A stretch of DNA of 64,000 bases from Marsupella aquatica (taxonomy: Eukaryota; Plantae; Marchantiophyta). The stretch spans positions 9,621,525 to 9,685,524 of the forward strand of contig OZ316896.1 of NCBI GenBank assembly GCA_973895155.1, written 5' to 3'. The position numbers were made by a program, and so were the translations under genes. Each line of letters begins with the position of its first letter. Positions within the stretch are counted from its first letter, which is position 1. The notes under the pieces were generated by a model, which searched no databases, was not told where the DNA came from, and saw only the letters and a list, made by a program, of their open reading frames with translations. This document shows positions 61,832-64,000 of this stretch, in pieces.

Positions 61832-64000
61832 GAACAACAACGCAGCAATGCAACGATCTGGCTTCCCTCTTGTGATAGTAGAGTAGAGCTGGAGACTCAC
61901 TTTTTGAGTTGAGGCTCTGTCAAAAGCGTACGATACTTATTCCTACTTCTGTACTAAACACTTGTAAAGATTCGTTTCTTCATGTGCAACTTAATGGATG
62001 TAAAAAATTCATGAAATTTCACATGTTCTAGATTTTGCGCTTCTCCTTTGGGAACGAGACATGTCATCATAGTCATTCGTAGCAGCCTCTTGTTTAACCA
62101 CTGGCATTTCCAGGGTATATCATCAACAGCAGACGAGCTGCATAAGTGGCCAGAGTATAGTTGAAAGTAGTCTTGGTGCTGTTGTGAAGAAGGCACAGAG
62201 CCTGGTGTATATTCCTGTCAAAAGCATCCAGTCTGCTAATATATTTTGGCCTATTAATTGAAGTTCGGCCACTCGAATTTGCGCTACTCTGTTTGGGCAC
62301 TGATCCATTAATCATCCATTTTCAAGGGATGTCTTGTTTTTAAATCATATACTGGGCGTCGAATGTCGATGTGGACCAAATTTGTTTACCTTACTGGCAA
62401 CTGTTTCGTAGCCCTGTCGACTTCAAAGAGAAGCATTTACGGCCTTTTGATCAGAGTGCATATATCCCCTTCCGGGATTCGTCAATTCATATTGATGTAG
62501 ATTAACGCATGATTTGATTTGCATCCCAACCATTTTTCTTACAAATTATGGTCCCAATTGGAGGAAACAGCATCACAGTTCCCATATGTGAATGTTGTCA
62601 GAGTTTTCCACGGCTGTCCTCTAGTTACTACCAATAGCGAACATTCGTTACAACTTGGGTACTTGCCTCAAATAGGTCGAGTCTGAGACCTGAACATGGA
62701 GGTTGAGATCAAGCTATATGGTTTTTGGGTAGTATTGTTTCACATTAAGCTTGACATTGCATTCAACGCAGAAGAACTTTGAAGCACCAGATCCAAGTTT
62801 TTCAATTGGCTCCTTGCAGTACAGTGAAATCATTAAAACTAGTTTCCCTCTATTTTAGAGTAGTCGGGCGCACCTTGTAGCGAAATGCCTTTCTGAATCT
62901 TTACTTTAGACCTTGATGCGTGTTATGTTCTCTATGTTGGGTCAGGTACCGTTATCTTATTGGCAAGATCTTGACCTGAATCCTGAATTAGCTTTAATCT
63001 GCTTTCTTGCCTTGCCACATGCTCTGCTACACTGGCGGTTTGATTCGAGTCCCACCTGCAGGTAATGTTTTCAATATGTCAGCTTCTAACATTTCTGGTT
63101 GCCAAGGTCAATTGCAATCCCCGCAGGTCATGGCTTAGCTCACTGTTCTAATCTTCCACTTTGCTTGAGAATTGGCTGACATCGTAAGCGAAAGTGTTGC
63201 CTCAGCTGCAGTGCGAATGGAGATGAGCCCTTAGATAGCAACAAGAGAAGGACTTGCAGCGGTGGGAATAGGAACACTCGGGTGTCAATCAGCTTTAGAT
63301 ATCAATCGAAGACTGACATTTTCTTTACATAGTTCTGTTGATGCATCTTGAATTGGGGGAAAAGTCCTAGGTGGAGAGAAGGGTTTATGGGTAGCCGTCA
63401 ATAAATCTTGGTTACAAATTTGTGCTAATATGGAAGGTATTGAGCAAGGACAACCGCTTTGTTTCTGTTTCACGCGATTTTCCATCTGTTTACATGAGAG
63501 CAAAAGTTGTTTCTAATATGGAGTTTATGGAGCAAGGACAACCGCTTTCCTTTTGTTTCAGACAACCACCTTATTTCTGGATCAGACGACATTTCATCTG
63601 TTTCCCATGAAAATAAAGTGAATTCTTATGAAAAGGCCCACTTTAAGCTAATTGTAAGAGAGCTGGCTGGGGCAGTCGAGATCTGGGAGCCAGTGTAAGG
63701 AAGACAGTATCCCACTATCAGGAAGGCCTAGATTATCAATTATGTCGAAGTCCTGTGGGGGAGAATGAGGACTCAGTCTGTGTTTTAGACCATGGATTGT
63801 GGCTTTTACAGCGTTGAATCCCTTGTAGCCGAAGAACCCACGAGGTGCAGTCCAGATACAGTGTTTGAGTTGCCAGTCCATGGCAGGTTTTGTTCAATTT
63901 GAGGCTACCACGAAGGCTGGTAAATTGTTTGCTGGGAATGTTCTCCGTCCTATCTTACATGTTGGGAGTATGTGCATGTTCTGTTCCCATATACCAGAAT

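Noticed and set aside
63650-64000. Possible exon of a neighbouring gene at the window end
   Set aside because: Only generic splice-like signals and no recognisable protein sequence.

Overview
Eukaryotic nuclear DNA from a land plant; gene style and repeat content suggest a non-seed plant such as a liverwort, which is inference only. No prokaryotic features, rRNA, tRNA or CRISPR array were found. Six host genes have uninterrupted ORFs: three UDP-glucose 6-dehydrogenases (UGD; two near-identical minus-strand tandem copies and a diverged plus-strand copy), an F-box/kelch protein, a short secreted SERK-ectodomain-like LRR protein and an ARMADILLO REPEAT ONLY-like protein. Mobile DNA includes a degenerate CRE-clade non-LTR retrotransposon split by a young full-length Ty1/copia element (403-bp LTRs, TSD GGATG), a solo LTR and two relics of the same LTR family, and a Tourist-like MITE. 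The most unusual object is a 4.16-kb TG...CA unit (21145-25300) with a 5-bp TSD. It has no gag/pol and no paired LTRs, but carries an intact 616-aa accessory-type ORF behind a CpG-rich repeat array. The two minus-strand UGDs lie in an old ~14-kb tandem duplication and show a gene-conversion-like identity profile. All alignments and counts were made by eye and need computational confirmation.
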